Shown: positions 26,359 through 38,700 of the stretch, piece by piece
How the letters are laid out: each line of letters opens with the position of its first letter
Numbering within the stretch: position 1 is the stretch's first letter
Made by a program: the position numbers and the translations under genes
The notes under the pieces: model-generated
Databases searched by the model: none
What the model saw: the letters and a program-made list of their open reading frames with translations, nothing else
Told to the model about the DNA's origin: nothing
Source: Phallusia mammillata
Taxonomy: Eukaryota
Direction of reading: 5' to 3'
Assembly (NCBI GenBank): GCA_965637545.1
Contig: OZ281495.1
Span: forward strand, 21,948,001-22,012,000
DNA: 64,000 nt

Positions 26359-26646
26359 TGTTGTGGAACGCAACCGCGCTATTCCCGAGCACGCGGCTCG
26401 AGGCATTCTTGTGTTAGTTTAATTGCTATGCGTTGTGTGTGTGTACGCGCTTGATTTGTGCCTACTGCAGGAATGTGATTGGTGCGTTTGCAATTACTTC
26501 GTGAGCCTATAAAAGGCTGTTCACTTACTACGTTTCTATTCTATTATAGTGATTTCGAATGAATACAACCTAAGTTACAACAAGCAAACTGTGCTTATTT
26601 GGACTCTGTAAAGAAGCAAGGCGCAAACGTGATTGAAAACACAACA
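26359..26646 (+). repeat. 3' LTR (288 bp)
   Basis: Begins directly after the polypurine tract; identical termini to the 5' LTR. Confidence 0.95.
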
Positions 26647-27199
26647 GAGTTCCACCGCTATTATGTAGATTATACACTTATTTTTCTTGTCAAGCTCTAA
26701 AACAGGAGATAATTGTACGTTGCAAAACTATTCCGTGACACAATAGGCATTTCCTCACGGCACCATAGTTGGACTAACAAGTAGGCAAAGTAAACTCCAG
26801 GTTAGTGGAAATATAGCAACAAAACAAGAAAAATTCAGTTTTGGATTGGTGTAGCCTACTCGCCACCAAAACACCAGTCACAGGCTACCAATACTGTTTT
26901 GGGTACCAAAACCATGGCCTCTAAAGTGCCACGATACAGTGGTTAAAAGTGCCAGTTAAACTGTAATGAAAGTAAGTATAAACTTACCATTTTGGATGTA
27001 AGGTAGGTAGGTGAAAGAAGTCATGAAAGTATACCAGACCCGAAAGCACACGCTAGATGACATTCACCAAGTTTCACTTGTCACCTGACACGTTTCATTT
27101 CATAATTTAACCCGTTCTGCAGCGTCTCTGCACATTTAATCAACACAAAGTCGCACGACTCACATCAACCAACCAGTTTGATTTGATTGCAATCCATGA

Positions 27200-27290
27200 A
27201 AAACCAATAGTTACTTCACAAAGTCGACAACTTTCGCGCCAAAAAACGTTACACCGATTCGCGCTGTTACACTCGTCTATTTGAAAATGT
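27200..27290. promoter_or_regulatory. CpG-rich promoter-like segment with E2F, CHR-like and CCAAT motifs
   Basis: CCAAT near 27204, TTTCGCGCCAAA at 27232-27243, TTTGAA at 27280-27285; lies between a minus-strand ATG|GTAAGT (26990) and EIF3D. Confidence 0.45.
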
Positions 27291-27470
27291 AAGTTATTTC
27301 TTGAACGTGTAAGGTTTTGATATATGAATAGTTACAAAAAATGCAACGTTTATAGTGATTTATAGATCTTAATAATGCCGATAAACAGTTGCGCATTCGG
27401 AAAAATGCGTTGTGCTGATGAGAATACCCATGACCACGTGACAATGTGTTTGCCGGCGCATGGGTGAAGA

Positions 27471-27894
27471 CGCTGCCATTCTAGATATTTTATAGGTAGA
27501 TTTGGATAATTTGGTTAATCCTAGATGTAAAATTGGGGATCTAGATGATGGCTATAAAATTTAGATACCTTTTTTAACGTTTGTAAAGGCTATAGGAACT
27601 GTACAAGCCTACAAACGTTGCAGTTATAACTGTAACAGAAAAAATACAGGGAAAAAACTGAAGAAGTACAGGAAACTAAGCTTTTTTAACATCTAATATA
27701 GAGCAATTTATATTAAAAACCTTCATATGTGTTGTTGTTTGAGTAATATATATATTACATTAAAGTGGATAATTTTATGTGTAGATATATATTTTTTGAT
27801 GTTTCGTTTTTCAATCTAGATGATCATGATTTTAGATATTTTGGGGGTCAAACTAGATTATTTCATTCAAACAAAAGTGGCAGTGGCAGCCCTG
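27471..27894. mobile_element. Probable hAT-type MITE with a damaged left end
   Basis: Right end reverse complement cagggctgcca; left end only gctgcca; flanks gtgaaga / gtgaagta resemble an 8-bp TSD; repeated ctagat motifs inside. Confidence 0.45.
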
Positions 27895-28784
27895 GTGAAG
27901 TAATGTCGATTGTGTGAGAAATATGTTTGATGTAAATGCGTAAATTACGCAGAATAGAAGAGACCAATAATTTTGAAGAATTTTGTTGTTGTCTATGTAA
28001 ATCTTAATATGTCTAAGAGTATTTTTAAAGAAGTATGTCCTGTTTAGCGGTGTGGAAATCACAACACAACAAAGAACAAACCAAGGGATATTTAAACAGG
28101 AACACCATCTTTGTGATTGTTTAGTGATATTGTGCAGCTATGTTTTCGAAATAAGCTCAACTTGACCAGGTGGCAGGTCAATATTTTAAATATTTTCATT
28201 GTAGTAAACTTTCTAGCAACCAGTTCAGCTGTTACCTTGACTTGACATGTGTCATGTTATTTTTTTTATCCAACTAAGTAATTGGATAAGTGGTTTGGGT
28301 AAGATTTTATGCATAACATTATTGCAACACTGTCCATGCCTGAAACAGATTCAGAGATTTCCTGATGTTCTTCTGAATGGTTTTGTAACAGTTTCGTTGC
28401 GCAGGCATTTTTCGTGATATTCTAAAAGTTTTCATGTTGTTACAAATCCTCATCTAAACCAAAATATCACTAACCATCGTGTTTTTACCTACCAAACAGT
28501 GGTTTTCACCAGAAAACTCGGCAATTGCTGAAAACTGGTTTATATAGTTCTAATTCTATGTTATTTCATCACAAAACCCCCAGCTACTTATACACCGGCG
28601 CCCTAAATGTGGGTGGAAATTGAGTTCAGCATTTTAACATTGCCCTGCTGAATTGCCTGAATTTTCTGCAAACATTTTCTTTTTAGTATGGTGATTGGTC
28701 CCACAGTACGTTGCAATAGGTACTTATATATTTGCATTGTTAATTATCTGTATCCTAATTTTCAGAAATAAATTTTGTATAATT

Positions 28785-31700
28785 ATGGCTAAATTTATAC
28801 CACCTGAAATTCAAGACAATGATGATGGATGGGGCCCAGTTAATTTGCCAGAAAAGTTTAAGGATATGCCTTATCAACCTTTTAGCAAGGGTGATCGGCT
28901 TGGAAAGGTGAGAAGTAACGCTTTGCTCTATGAGCTGTATCGTTTTTATATTGTTGAAATTGTGAGGATTGTATGATTATTCTATTTCTAAACCAGGTTT
29001 CTGATTGGAGTGGGAACACCTACCAGGATCGGCGCTTTATGAATAAGTACAACTCTCAGTTCGGTGGTGGAAGCCAGTATGCTTATTTTCATGATGAGGA
29101 TGAAAGCAGTTTTCGATTGGTTGACAATACTAAGGTTTGTTTGTTTGTTTGTTAGTGGCATTAACACTTGATTTTTTATTCTCATTGTGTGATGTGTGTT
29201 GCTTGATTGTTTTTGTATTACACCATTGGTTGAATATTTTTTACTTTTAATATACTTGTTGTAGTTAACTGTATTGTAATGGCTGTCTAGGCACAAATTT
29301 CCATTTTTCTATTTTATTGAAATATACTTTGATGATGTGTTGGTAGAAGGTTAGTGCAGTTTTTCACACTAAAATATATTTTGTACGTGATTACTTTGTT
29401 TTTTAATCAGCTGACAAAATTTTTGAAGCTGTTGTTGTTTGAGTTTTTAAAACAAAAACAAAAAGTTTTAACCATTTGGCGAGGGTAAATTTGGCTATAT
29501 AATTTTATAATAAACCATGTTTTGAAAGTTACAAGACTACATTTACACAACATTTCGCAATAATGGGGCAAACATCTTACAACTATGACTTTTGCAATAG
29601 CAAGAACTGATCTTTGACGTTAGGCATACTGTTTTAGAGTTTTCAATTGTGTTGTATTGCCATTCAGGTTCAAAAGCCTGCATACCAACGGAACCGCTTT
29701 AGATTTAACCAACTTCGGCAAAGACAGCAACAACAGAGGCAACTACGAGAAGCAGGGGGTGGTTCTAACCAAAAGCCTTTTACAAAACTGGAAAAGCGCA
29801 AGGAGCGTGAGAGACAAAGGCTTCAAAGAAACATGCAAAGGCAGTATGGACAAAGCAGGTTTCGGTGGAAGGAAAGACAAACACAATCTCAACAGAAACG
29901 CAGAGATGCATCTGTTACAGTGGCTGAGACTTGGGAGGTATAATATTTTGCTATGTTTGAACATTTCTTAATCATGTATTGATTGCCACATTAGACATAA
30001 CACTCCTAGACCTACTTACTGCATTCAGTTTTGTCAAAAGCAAAAACGTTTGGCTTCTTTGCAGGTGCTGGAGGAAATGGATTTTAATCGTCTCGCTAAA
30101 CTCAAGCTGCCTGATATTGGTGAACCTGAAGATCTATATCAATGTGGTGAACTGTTGCAATATGACAAAACCTATGACAGGGTTTCAGTTAAAGCTGAAA
30201 AACCTCTGAAAAGATTCAATAAAGAATTTCACAAGGTAAGTAGGGAAAACCCTGAGGAAACAATTGTTTGTTTGTGTTCAGAATCTTTAGGAATTATACT
30301 TTTTTTAGGTTACTACAACTGATGATCCAATCATTCGCCAGTTGACTAAAAAACCTGGCAATGTTTATGCCACTGATGCAATCTTGGCAACTTTGATGTG
30401 TTGCACGAGGTCCCAATATTCATGGGACATTATTGCGCAGCGAGTGGGAAAAAACAAATTGTTCTTTGACAAGCGAGATGATTCAAACTTTGATTTGCTG
30501 ACAGTGAGCGAGACTGCTAATGAGCCACCGCAGGTACATTGCAAAACCAATTGCAGACAATTTTTAAACATATAATACATTACCATGTGGCATGTGTTTT
30601 GGCCATGGTGTATTTAACTTCTATGACAAGTAGTGTTGACTGCTCTGGGCCACAGAACTACAATAAATTTAGAACATAGCATTTAAGGCAACATGATAAA
30701 ACACCTACTTGAGAAGACGAACATAAATTCATAACTGAGATCAGCCCTGAAGCGTCTTCAATGGGCCTGGCGTACTGTGATTTACTTGAGAAGACATTTC
30801 ATTTCTGCTTGGTGACAAACTATTGTTGTTTTGTAGGACGAAGGAATCAATGCCCCCTTAAGTTTAGCAATGGAGGCAACATATATCAATCACAACTTTT
30901 CTCAACAAGTTTTGAAATCTGGTGAAAAGCACAAACTTCCGAACCCGAATCCTTTTGTACAAGGTATGAAAACGGTTTATTTGTACTGTGGTGGCAAATG
31001 TATTTATTGATAAAAAACAATTGTATGTGGTTATTATTCTCACATTACCATTTAGTTTATTCCAACAATAAACAAAAATAAGTTCATTTTTTCAGGGGAG
31101 TCTGACAACATTGCATCAGTTGGCTACAAGTACAGAAAATGGAATTTAGGCAACAACATTGAACTTATAGCTAGAACTGAGCATGATGCTGTACTAAGCA
31201 CATCAAGTGGTGAAAATAGCTTTATCAATGTCAAGGTATAGTCCACTTCTAATTCATTGATTTCACTGTAATATCAATTCAAACTTTTCAAAAACTGCAA
31301 ACAGACTCTTAATGAGTGGGACTACCACCACTGCAATGGTGTCGAATGGAGAAGGAAATTGGATTCACAGCGAGGTTCAGTGCTCGCCACAGAATTGAAA
31401 AACAACAGCTGCAAACTAGCAAAATGGACTATGTGTGCTTTGTTGGCTGGGTAAGAAATCAAGCTCTTTGTATGTAATAAGCTAAACTGTGTTATTGTGC
31501 ACTATGAATTTTTTTACTGGGGATGCATTACAAACAGGTCAGAATACATGAAGATGGGCTACGTTTCCCGTTATAACATCCAGGATTCATCGCGACACGT
31601 AATTATAGGAACCCAACAGTTCATTCCCAAAGAATTTGCTTCTCAAATCAACCTGTCTGTGTCCAACGCTTGGGGAATTCTTCGTTGTATCATTGACTTG

Positions 31701-33082
31701 TGCATGAAGCAGCCTGAAGGCAAATATTTGATTCTGAAGGTATGATAGTCCACTAGTTATGGGTGCCCTTCTCTGCGGGGACACATATTTATTTTACTCG
31801 AATTTGTTTTTGTTTTTTTTCTTTTGTTTTTTTTTCTTCCCAAAGTTTGTCAGATTCGTTTTTCTATCAAATGTTTGATGGATTTGGATGAAATTTACAC
31901 AGATGGTAGATAGAAGTATGTAGATGTGCATCCCACTTTGTTTTTGTTGATAACCCCCAGTATTTACCCCGCTAGCCCCCTAAAATGGGTTATTTTCTGC
32001 CTAAAGTTTGTCAGACTCATTTTTCCATCAAATGTTTAATGGACTTGGATGGAATTTACACAGGTGGTAGATATAGGTATGTAGTTGTGCATACCACTTC
32101 GTTTTTGTTGATAACCCCAGCATTTACCCCGCTAGCCCCCAAAAATGAGTGCGTTTGTAAACAATGTCGGAAATGGCTGAAATTTGGATTGCTTGTAGAG
32201 TATGGCATTTATAGGTGTCGATTGTTGTGTTCAACCCTGTAGCCCTAACATTTGTGCCACAAGCCCCCAAAGTGTAAAACGTATTTATATGTTACTGGGC
32301 ACCACAAACGAAAGAATTCTGTGGCGCAATAGTGTTACGCCAACCAGTTGTATGTTACTCTTGATGGGTTGCTTGGTGGACGTTTTTGCGCCATGGCAGT
32401 TAGGGGGTTGTTAACAGCCCTATGACGTCAGAAGCATTAACGGTTGTTGCTCAAAACACCTCTAGTGGTCAAGATTTTAAACATTGGCAGATTGGGCTAA
32501 AATTTTGCAGTACTATTGATTGAGTCATTGAGGTTTCTTATTTTTTTAGTTTAGTGTCAAACCCCATTAGTTACCCTACTAGCCCCCTAAAATGGGTAAG
32601 TTCATAAAACAGTGTCGGAATTGGCTAAAATTTGGGTAGCATGTGGACTATGGTTATCTCTTGAAATGCACTATTTTTAACTTTACATGTATGGGGAGTG
32701 GGGACCCATGAGTTTCTGCCTGCAGAAACAACTAAGGTTGTAACAGACGATGGCTAATATGGGACCCAATGCAAAAAAGCATAGGAAATATATTTATGTT
32801 TTAAAATAGGTTATAGTGTAAATGCAACGACAAAATGTGCTAAGCCACTCTTCTAGTTCTGTATGCTATCCGTGTAGTCAACATATACTCTTTATGTATG
32901 AAGTGCATTTATGTAAAAGCGCTGTATGTTTTAAAATGGTTCATTTGTTAAAGGATCCTAATAAGCCAGTTATTCGACTCTACAAACTTCCAAGTGGCAC
33001 TTTCAGTTCGGATGAAGAAGAAGAGAGTTCAGACGAGAACGACGACGGAGAAAGTGAAAGCGACGAGGGGGCTGAGAAATAA
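28785..33082 (+). CDS. EIF3D: Eukaryotic translation initiation factor 3 subunit D, 10 coding exons, about 556 aa
   Basis: Exons 28785-28907, 28997-29134, 29668-29937, 30065-30235, 30309-30533, 30837-30963, 31096-31235, 31305-31450, 31538-31739, 32954-33082, all in phase. Motifs [53 protein letters not shown], acidic tail. Confidence 0.97.
31839..32650. repeat. Unclassified repeat in EIF3D intron 9: two tandem ~160-bp units plus a partial third
   Basis: Units start near 31839 and 32000 (aaagtttgtcaga..tagccccctaaaatggg); a related segment recurs at about 32564-32650. Confidence 0.7.
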
Positions 33083-34879
33083 TCTCATCAATACATTCGT
33101 GTCTTTGGTGGTCAATAGGAAAATTCAAATGCCGGAAACTGTCTTTCGACACTTTTTTGATTTAACAGGGTTTGCATTTACACGCAAATGGTATTTTTTG
33201 TTTAATTGATAAGGTAATGGAAAGTTATGGATTTTGTTCCCTGTATTGTGCATGTAAACGAAATGAAAAAGACAAGGGTACTCTACGCGTGTTTTCTTTA
33301 TTTCTTTAACACCGTAAAAGTTAGATTACGGTAACTGATTTGGAAGGAAGTTCATGGGGTAGTTTGCTCATTTTAGAGGCTAAGCGGCGGGCTTAAAGGA
33401 GCTGCATAAAGCACAATACGCATTGGGTCACGGAAGTTATTTGAGCAGTTGAACGATAAAACAAGCAATTATGCACGATTGAGATCTATAGCTGAATGCG
33501 GCAAATCGGATACATTGTTTATTAACGGCCATTATAAACTACAAAAAATGCATTCCACGACGTATTTCAGCTTAAGAGCAGTCTGTGGTAGAAAATCCAG
33601 TAGGCGAATTCTAGCTTGTTTCGCTGGAAAGTCACACGAAGTTTGAAGTGAAATAATATTTGAATAAAGTTGGTAAGGTTCTGTGAGTTTTTGATAGTAT
33701 TCGATAGTTTCGGTCGAATAATGATGGTTTATTAGCTCTTACGTCTTATAAAGGTCATCCTACACATTTGGTGGTAGTATTTAGTATACTATACTAGTCC
33801 CTAATCCGTACATAGTGTTTCCAAATTAATCTCTCGTGCTGCTCCGGTCCCTGTGTTTCATTTGGCTTTACCACCTTCCACATGCAGTGGTGTAGGCAGC
33901 AAACATTTTTGTAGTCCAATGTCGGTTACGTAAGATGTTTTATTTTACCAAGCACGTGGTTTTCCAAACAAGGGTTCGACGGGACAACTAAAAGCTTTAT
34001 TTACTGATTTTACATCTACATGAAATGAAATATTTGTGGATTTTGAGTTACAACTCGGTGACAACAGTCGTTTTTGGAAATATATTTTTTCCTTTGGTAA
34101 TTTTGTAATGATGTGATACAAAACTGCACTTAATTCAAGTTTCTCAACCTACACAACTTCAAGAATTTGGGAGGGCCTTGGTCCCTCCCTAACTACGCTA
34201 ATGTTTGCAGGCTGCGTGTTGCGTGCAGGACACACCTTTTTAGTGAAACTGACTTGAAATATATATAATGCAGACTTCTACAGGTAGGTAGCCTACCATC
34301 GGTAATCCTTAAACGTTTTCCAATAAATAATGACAGAATTCCCGAAATTTAAATATCATCGCCGGTTAAAAAATTAATTTAGTCTTCCAATAGCTGCTTA
34401 ATGCCCATCGTTGGATTGCCTTCGCACATGCACCAAATTGTTTGCTGAACAGGCGGACGAAACGTTTCGTAAATACAACTGCTTACAATTGACATTTTTA
34501 TTAAATTCGAGAGAAGGAAAATAGAAAAAAGCATCGTTGAAAATTAGAGAACAAGAAAAAAGTTCGAATTGCCAGATACGGATCGCTGATTTTCGACACA
34601 ACAATTTAGTACGACGTAGTAAAGAAAATGGATAAATTTAAACATGTTCCAAAGGTTGTACGTTGCAAACTCAACATGTTATTTCGGTCAACGGTAACAG
34701 AAACAGAATTTGATATCAAAGTTCCACCTGCATTTTTTTTAAAAACACGGTTACAATTTTTTACATTTTACAATACACTGTCTTCTGTTAAAAGAAAAAA
34801 AGTAATTTTGGTTAGCCTACTGGTTTGTATTTGTGCCCCGTTCCTCCAAAAGAGCAATTCAAGCGCAATTATACTCCAC

Positions 34880-35003
34880 GTGATGACACGGAAATGAACG
34901 TTCGTGACGTCATATCAATAGAAGACTCCTATTGGTGATCGCGATTGCGCCCCTTATTTTAGCCTAGTGGTTCCCAACCACCAAGCCTGTCCTCATGATG
35001 AAG
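34880..35003 (+). promoter_or_regulatory. Probable promoter and first non-coding exon of BICRA-like gene
   Basis: CpG-rich segment with TGACGTCA (34905-34912) and ATTGG, ending in a strong donor aag|gtaagt at 35003/35004. Confidence 0.5.
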
Positions 35004-35726
35004 GTAAGTTTCTTTTTTGTTTAATATATTCACTCGTTTGTTGATGCTGCGGCGCAACGTGCGTGTTGTGAATGAGAATTTTAAATGTAGAGCATTCTCA
35101 CAGTCCTGGGCTGTGCGTATAAAATCGCCGCCGTAATGGATGATTTAACAAATTTCATATTTTTGTGACACTGCTACCTTTTTCCTATAAACACTGTAAA
35201 ATCGACAACGCTTACACTTACTATTTATGGTATAGGTCAACAGTGTAACAAACATGCTAATGTATAAGTTCACCTTTTTCATTGACCGCATCACCAAATC
35301 AATTCTGTATTTTTTTGCACTAAACCACAGCTTGGGCGAGTTGGAACGAAGTGCTGACTCGGTTTATGATCACGTGCTTCGACGCCATTTTGTAAACATG
35401 CAACGAGAACATTAAATTATTTTCCACTTTGCTCGTAGGTTTCGAAAAAAGAACCCGCCAAATATTTGAATCGTAACAACTATTAAAAGCTTTACATTTT
35501 TTATGTGAAACTGTTGGCCTGCATTATGACTTGGCCTTAAACAAAAATTATGGAATTGTTGTGCATAAGTGTAGGTTTTGTTTGTGACGAAGCTGAACTA
35601 CTTGTTTGTTGTTAAACTTCTTGTGAGCTTTACATTGTGTTTTAAATCAACACACTTAATTCCATCAACTATGGAAAGTAATAAAATCTATGAGAAAAAA
35701 ATGTTTGTAGACCTTGTCATGGACAG

Positions 35727-38700
35727 ATGGAACACAACAATAACATGTTCGGAGAATATGGGTATGCTTGATTGCCCTATATTGTATTAATAGGTAATGA
35801 CTTCAAGAATATACCAAATTCTTTTATACCAAATTTTTAGTGACAACAATATATTGGAGGAGTTGGTTAGTGGAAATGGGCCCAGTGATTACAACCCAAA
35901 TGAGGTGGGATTTGTTTTAGTGCAAATCTACTTTTTAACATGATGTATTTCTAAGCTTGTTTTTGCTTTTAAACCAAGTACATATATATATTGATGTTTA
36001 ATTTGTAAATTTTATCTTCTACGCACACTTACTAAAAATTTTGTGGTTTTGGGCTTTGTGCCAACTAATGTTGGCAATGAATGATTGTTTGTGTTTAGCT
36101 GAACCAGCAATATGATGGTGGATTTGACATTCTTCAGCAGTCATTAAAAGCTGCTGACATACTAGGAAATGAAGATGCCACGAATTCACCATTTGATGAG
36201 CTAGGGCTAACGTTCAGTGGCGATTCACTTTCTGCTCTCCCGCCAACAAATCAGGTCACTTTAGAAGTTCCCAGAGCAGACAGCGTGCGTCTTGACAATT
36301 CATTTGATACATCTCAATTCCTAAACATAACTAGAGGTTCAACACACCAAGCACATTCTCAGCAAAATAATAACAATGCGACATACTCTAAACATGACAG
36401 CACAAATGTGTTTCATGCACCTGAGGCCAACAATCAGTTTTCCAATCCCTTTTCCAGTTCTCCTGGTTTAGCACAACCTTTACCAAGAACTTTATCACCA
36501 AATCCACAGGTTGTAGCAATACAAAGAACTGCTTCTCCAAATCCAGTAATAGCATCAATTCAAAGAACTTCTACTCAACAGGTTGCAGCAATACAAAGAA
36601 CTGCTTCTCCAAATCCAGTAATAGCATCAATTCAAAGAACTTCTAATCCACAGGTTGCAGCAATACAAAGGACTGCTTCTCCAAACCTACCACCTGCACC
36701 TTCTGCTACTCAAAACCAGTACAGTTTGCTGAAGGTCCAAATTTCCCCGAATTCTAATGTTGTTCAGCCATCAAGATCGTATGTTATTCAGGCACCGACA
36801 CAAAACACGCAGTATGTTATTGCTGGGAATCAACCCGGTTTGTACAATGCAGGTGCCAATACTTCCACACCAGTACAACTTGTGAAAGGAAGTGTCCAAC
36901 CGACTTTAATGTCTACTCCTGTTATGCTGAGTGTGGCCAAGCCACAAGTAGATATTCAAACAGGCCATCCAGCAGTCCAGCAAACTACTGCTGTTCTGAG
37001 TCAAAATCAGAACTTGGCAAACACCAATACTACATCCTCACAGAGCATTCACAACCCAAATAGTTTTATCTTGGGCTCTAATATAACTGTTAGCAATCAA
37101 GAAGAACAGACAAACAAATTAGCACTGCTTTTGCAAAACAAAGCAAGTCAACAGTCTGGAAGTGGAAAACCTGCTGTTTTAAAAGTCGGAAATCAAAGCA
37201 TTAACATTTCAAACCCCAAAGTTGCTAAAGCCTTGGCTGCCAACATTCTGCAACAGCACATGAGACAACAAACTAACAATAATGTTCAGCAGACACAGCA
37301 ACAAGTAGTGAATGTCACTAAAAGCCAAAACCATGCGTTTATTAATCTTTCAAACATGCCAACACAACCTCAAGTATCAAGTGGAGTTCAACCTCAAATG
37401 AAAGCTCAATATGTTATCAGCACAATGGCTCAAACAGTGCAACAATTGCCACCAACTTCCTTTCAAACCCAAAGTAATAGCAAGGTAATCTCACCAGAGG
37501 TTTCTACTGCCAGTAATCCAACACAGTATGTGCAACTTGCTGTTTCGAAAAATAACAATCAAGTTCCTATAAATCGTATACAAATTGCCAGCGTAAATAT
37601 TCCAATTTCTGTTTCCACAACCAAAGCATCGGACTCGTCAAATCTTGGTTACTCGTCAAATACATCGCACTCAGTTCCAAGCATATTTTCCAGCAATCCT
37701 ATTACTATTAGCTCCACTTCCGCTCACAACCATTACACAACTGTAACACAAAACATGAATCCAATGGAGAGTGTTGAACCCCAAGCTAAACCAATTAATA
37801 AAGATCAACTGACAAAAGCATGGAATCAGGTAGCTAATATTTATGTTTGGTAGCATACAAGTTGCCTTATTTGATTTTTGTTTTTTATTGCAGCAAAACA
37901 GTCAACAAAAGATTAACAGTTTGACTGTAACAACGAATAGCACACAACCTGCAAGCACCACAATGCCAATAACCCTTTCAACACAATCAAAACTATCGGA
38001 CAGTTTTCAGGTAATGTCTAGGATATAATGTATATATATATACGTACAGTAAAGTTGAAAGAAATAAAACAAATATGTGTTTTTAACGTGCATGAAATAA
38101 ACTGATTTATCGCATTTCTTCAGAAACCGACTATGGCATACGTTACATTTCAAGTAGAACCTAATTTGACATTACAGCAAGTAGAACAGGTGCAGAATAT
38201 TATATCTCAAAAGACATCTCTGTCGAAGGTATGACTAGATAATACGATTAGCTGTTTATTAAGCGCAAGTAGTTCATGAAAATAATATTTAGATTCCAGC
38301 GCTGTCAAAAGAACAAAAGCAGTTACTGGCTGCTTTTCGAGCCCAACTTCGCACCATGGAAGCCCCAGTGCAACAATACTACCTACGTAATCCCCAACTT
38401 TTTTTGCAAAAGGTGCATATTGCAATTGTATTACAGTAATAAATTGAACATTCACTTAACAAACTAAATTTTATTTAAGGTCTACCAACATCTTCAGACT
38501 GGTAAACCATTTGTTATGCACATGAAAGTAGATAAATCCAAGCTGACCACTTTACAAACAGTCAGTTCTTCTCCGACTGTTGTCTCACAGGTATACATTT
38601 CTTGAGCAATATCTAAAGCTAAAAATCATTTGACAAAAAAACATTTGCAGTTGGTCAAAGAAGAGCATCCTACTATTTCATTGACAAGCAATTACCCTCG

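Larger units (their letters stand above)
22258..26646 (+). mobile_element. Decayed Ty3/Gypsy LTR retrotransposon (Mag-like), both LTRs present
   Basis: LTRs TG..CA at 22258-22506 and 26359-26646; TSD gagct/gagtt; PBS; polypurine tract aaaaggagagg 26348-26358. Frameshifted gag (two zinc knuckles CYRCGKTGHFAPVC, CRYCNRIGH), protease, RT (KIDLADAYNQ; YLDD out of frame near 24180), RNase H (CDAS, TDHKPL), integrase (PWSRVHIDHA..ERLVQTFK). Confidence 0.95.

Noticed and set aside
30690-30760. Possible C/D snoRNA in EIF3D intron 5 (atgataa..ctga)
   Set aside because: Non-consensus C box, no terminal stem, no recognisable rRNA-complementary guide.
33886-34203. Possible MITE with cagtggtgtag / cattagcgtag ends
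   Set aside because: Termini match only loosely and no TSD was found.
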